64,000 nt of DNA from Dehalococcoidia bacterium (lineage in GTDB: Bacteria; Chloroflexota; Dehalococcoidia; Lucifugimonadales; JAGWBF01). The notes under the pieces were generated by a model, which had not been told where the DNA came from, ran no database searches, and saw only the letters and a program-made list of their open reading frames with translations. Position 1 is the first letter of the stretch. Every line of letters begins with the position of its first letter. Position numbers and translations under genes: made by a program. Below, in pieces: positions 61,007 to 64,000 of this stretch. The DNA is taken from assembly GCA_965116325.1 (NCBI GenBank), contig OZ220675.1, positions 316,235 to 380,234 of the forward strand. Direction: 5' to 3'.

Positions 61007-61924
61007 CTATGTCCCTTGGTAACGCAGCACAGCCTCCGCTGGTGGCTCTCCTTCGAACAAGTCGGGATGGAGCACCTTGGCGAGAATCTCCACTCCGTCA
61101 ACCAACCGGGGGCCTGAGCGGGTGAAGTAGGAATTAGAGTTGACCACAAAGACCTGCCCGTTCCTCGCAGCCGATAAGGAGCTCCAGCCCGGCAGGTCCG
61201 TGAGCAGCGACACCTCTTCCATGCCTTTGCTCACATCGAAACCACAAGGCGCCACAAGAATCACATCGGGGTCCTGGGCCACCACTTTGTCCCAGCCGGT
61301 CTTTCGGGAGGGGCGCCCGGCCCTTCCCAGGCAATCGACTCCCCCGGCTGCCTCGATCATCTCCGGCACCCAGTGACCGGCGTACATCAGCGGCTGGAGC
61401 CACTCCAGGCAGGCCACTCGTTTCTCGTCGGCCTGCCCAATGACCGTCCTAACCTCATCGATCCGGGCCTTCATTTGCCTTACAAGTTCCACCGCCGCAT
61501 CTTCGCACGCGGCGGCGGCTCCAACACGCCCGACATCGTCGAACACATCCTGGAGGCTCGTCGGGTCCAGGGTGATTATCATGGGTTGCTTATCCAGCAC
61601 CTTGCACGCCTCGGCAACCTGCCGGGCAGTGATCGCTCACTCTTCGCACAGAGCCTGGGTCAGGATGATGTCCGGGTCGGCTTCCCTCAGCACATCCTGG
61701 TCTATCTCGTAGATGCCTTTGCCCTGGACCAGGCGCTCCCGGATCCACTGATCGATCTCGCCGCTGCCAGCCGTCTTGTTGTCCAGGGTGCTATAGACCA
61801 CCTTGGGAACATGCAACGCGGCAGGAGGATAGTCGCATTCGTGGCTCACTCCGTACAGGCTATCTCCCAGCCCAAGGGCGTACACAATCTCGGTGGCCCC
61901 GGGAATGAAGGAACAGATTCGCAT
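61007..61924 (-). CDS. BtuF-like (cobalamin-binding fold) protein, probably with selenocysteine at the in-frame TGA 61637-61639
   Basis: Two in-frame ORFs join as ...SHECDYP...TQALCEE(U)AITARQV...LEW..P...GHWVPE...PCGF...RSGPRL (305 aa). Confidence 0.8.
61605..61631 (-). promoter_or_regulatory. Candidate bacterial SECIS element
   Basis: CAC-U-GCC-CGGCA-GGU-UGCCG-A-GGC-GUG hairpin beginning at +6 after UGA, apical loop G at +18/+19. Confidence 0.65.
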
Positions 61925-62074
61925 GGCCGGCCCCTCTCAGCTTGGTTGGCGCTTTTGGTTGCATTATGCCAAGAAGGCTGTTTCCCGTACAGGCAGCCCC
62001 CCAGGCTGCGTTGTACCTGCAGTGCCCCCATGATATATTGACTCCACCCACACCAACCTCTCTCAGGAAGCGAC

Positions 62075-63286
62075 ATGGTGCAAGCCCAAGAAATAAAGAG
62101 CATGAAATTGGTCTCCCACCATGACCTCGACGGGTTCGGCAACGTGGGCGAGGGAATGGCTATCCAGCAGTATCCCGGCGGGCGGCGACTGCTATATCTG
62201 GCCCACGAAAGTTCCCCCAAGGATGTGACGGTGGTGGACGTCACCGACGTCGCCAACCCCAAGGTGGTGCTGCAGACCGAGCTCCCACACCGAGAGATGC
62301 GCTCCAACTCCCTGGCGGTGGTGGGCGACATCCTGTACGTCGCCTACCAGGTAGCAAGGCCGGGCATGACACCCGCCGGCATGGGCATATACGACATCAG
62401 CAAACCCGGCGAGCTCCGGCAGATCAGCTTCTTCGACACTTCGGGGCCAGGCTCCAGAGGTGTGCACTGCTTGTGGTGCGTGGACGGGCGCTACGCTTAC
62501 CTGAGCACAGGGAGCCGGGACCAGATGCCCCGAAATCCCAAGGACGACCAGTTCTACATGTGCGTGGATGTGAGCGACCCCTCGAAACCTGAGGAGGTCG
62601 GCCGATGGTGGCTGCCGGGCACCATGGACGGGGATGAGGAAGACCCGCCGGAGAGGCACCCCCAATTCGACACCGGCTTTCGCCTTCACAACGCCAACGT
62701 TTATCCCGAGAGGCCCGACCGGGCCTACCTGGGCTATATCGACGGTGGTTTCATCACCCTGGACATCTCGGACATGGCCAAGCCCAGGGTCGTGAACCAT
62801 GTGGACTACCATCCGCCCCTCATCGGCTTCACCCACACCGTCGTCCCCCTGTTCCAAAGGGAGCTGCTGGTGGTCAGCGAGGAGGCAATCACCCAGGATG
62901 GCTGCGCCGACTGGCCCAAGCTGGTGTGGATCGTGGATGTCAGCGTAGAGTCGAATCCGGTGATGCTCAGCACCTTGCCGATGCACAAGGACACCTACGG
63001 GGGCCTGCCGGGGCGCTACGGCGCCCACAACGTCCATGAGAACCAGCCGGTGCCAACCTCCCACATCGACGAGAACATCGTGTATGGCACCTACTTCAAC
63101 GGGGGCGTTCGCGTTCACGACATCTCCGATCCCTTCCGACCCGAAGAGATCGCCTACTTTGTCCCACAGGTGCCCGAGGGCGCTTCGGCCAACGGGGTCA
63201 ACGATGTGTACGTGGACGAAAACCGGCTTATCTATGCTGTGGACCGCATCGCCGGCGGGCTATATATCTTGGAGCCCGACTTCTAA
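62075..63286 (+). CDS. LVIVD-repeat beta-propeller protein
   Basis: Repeated VVDVTDVANP, IYDISKP, VDVSDPSKP, LDISDMAKP, HDISDPFRP; GVH, LHN, FTHT, GAHN His motifs. Confidence 0.88.
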   Translation: MVQAQEIKSMKLVSHHDLDGFGNVGEGMAIQQYPGGRRLLYLAHESSPKDVTVVDVTDVANPKVVLQTELPHREMRSNSLAVVGDILYVAYQVARPGMTPAGMGIYDISKPGELRQISFFDTSGPGSRGVHCLWCVDGRYAYLSTGSRDQMPRNPKDDQFYMCVDVSDPSKPEEVGRWWLPGTMDGDEEDPPERHPQFDTGFRLHNANVYPERPDRAYLGYIDGGFITLDISDMAKPRVVNHVDYHPPLIGFTHTVVPLFQRELLVVSEEAITQDGCADWPKLVWIVDVSVESNPVMLSTLPMHKDTYGGLPGRYGAHNVHENQPVPTSHIDENIVYGTYFNGGVRVHDISDPFRPEEIAYFVPQVPEGASANGVNDVYVDENRLIYAVDRIAGGLYILEPDF

Positions 63287-63363
63287 GACTCAAGACAGAA
63301 CATGAGTGGTCCGTTATGTAAAACGGCTCCGGCAAGAAATCTCACGGTTAACGGGAGGATGCC

Positions 63364-64000
63364 ATGGTAATGACCAAAGTAAGGGTTGCGGTGATGAACG
63401 CAATCCACGATTTGCCGGTTCTGGTGGCCAACGATGAGGGGTTCTTCCGGGATGAAGGCCTCGACCTAGAAGTAGTCACAACCCCGGGCATTGCCCAGGC
63501 ATCCGCCGACCATCGGGCTATGCGGGACCTGATTTTCGACCGCACCATGGAGGCCATGTACAACGACGGGGACGTCAACCAGTTCCGCATGTGCGAGTGG
63601 GGTGTGATGAAGCGAGTGGTGGAAGCAGAGGAGTGCGGTCAGCGCCCCCAGAAGATAGTGGCCCTGGGCGCCGCAATGACCACCTTCGCCATCTTCGTTG
63701 CTCCCGACTCGGGCCTCTACGAGCCTGAGCAGCTCAAGGACAGGCCCATAGCTGTGAGCCCGTGGAACGGCTCCAACTTCACCACCCTGAAGATGATGGA
63801 TGGCTTCCTGCGACGGGAGAACATCCGCATCACCAACGCGGGCACCATGCTGGAACGTCTCGACGCCCTGAAGCGGGGGGATATAGCAGCGGCCACCTTC
63901 ATGGAGCCATGGATCAGCATCGCCCAGAAGGAGGGCTTCCGGATTCTCATCGAGAGCCACTCCAGCCGGAGCGAGGGTGCCGCCGACGACCTGGATGGCC
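63364..64000 (+). CDS. NMT1/TauA-like type II periplasmic-binding-fold protein (3' truncated)
   Basis: Translated by hand: MVMTKVRVAVMNAIHDLPVLVANDEGFFRDEGLDLE...LKDRPIAV...MEPWIS; GGGAGG RBS. Confidence 0.8.
   Translation, partial: MVMTKVRVAVMNAIHDLPVLVANDEGFFRDEGLDLEVVTTPGIAQASADHRAMRDLIFDRTMEAMYNDGDVNQFRMCEWGVMKRVVEAEECGQRPQKIVALGAAMTTFAIFVAPDSGLYEPEQLKDRPIAVSPWNGSNFTTLKMMDGFLRRENIRITNAGTMLERLDALKRGDIAAATFMEPWISIAQKEGFRILIESHSSRSEGAADDLDG

Noticed and set aside
1-64000. CRISPR array, rRNA, IS/transposase, integrase, prophage
   Set aside because: No regularly spaced repeats or hallmark proteins were seen by eye

Overview
High-GC, gene-dense chromosomal window. The gene content (three luciferase-like monooxygenases, four SDRs, six ThDP-enzyme genes, VOC and amidohydrolase paralogs, PT-rich lipoproteins, an LRR lipoprotein) points to a SAR202/Dehalococcoidia-like Chloroflexota genome, possibly host- or sponge-associated; this is inference. 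Recognisable genes: nudC, msrA, msrB, nadX, archaeal-type ppcA, fhs, copper amine oxidase, nirK and tRNA-Asn(GTT). Signals hidden by the ORF track: (1) an in-frame TGA followed by a SECIS-like hairpin, which joins two ORFs into one signal-less BtuF-like protein with a CxxU motif (candidate selenoprotein); (2) an HNH + DGQH(R/K) gene split by a -1 frameshift in a T-run (candidate single-gene defence nuclease); (3) a ~147-bp direct duplication of tRNA-Asn plus its promoter, flanking a SnoaL gene; (4) a SipW/S26B-like peptidase domain on a long membrane-anchored coiled coil; (5) a frameshifted lipoprotein-LRR gene. I saw no CRISPR array, rRNA, integrase or transposase. All family calls come from motifs read by eye, not database searches.
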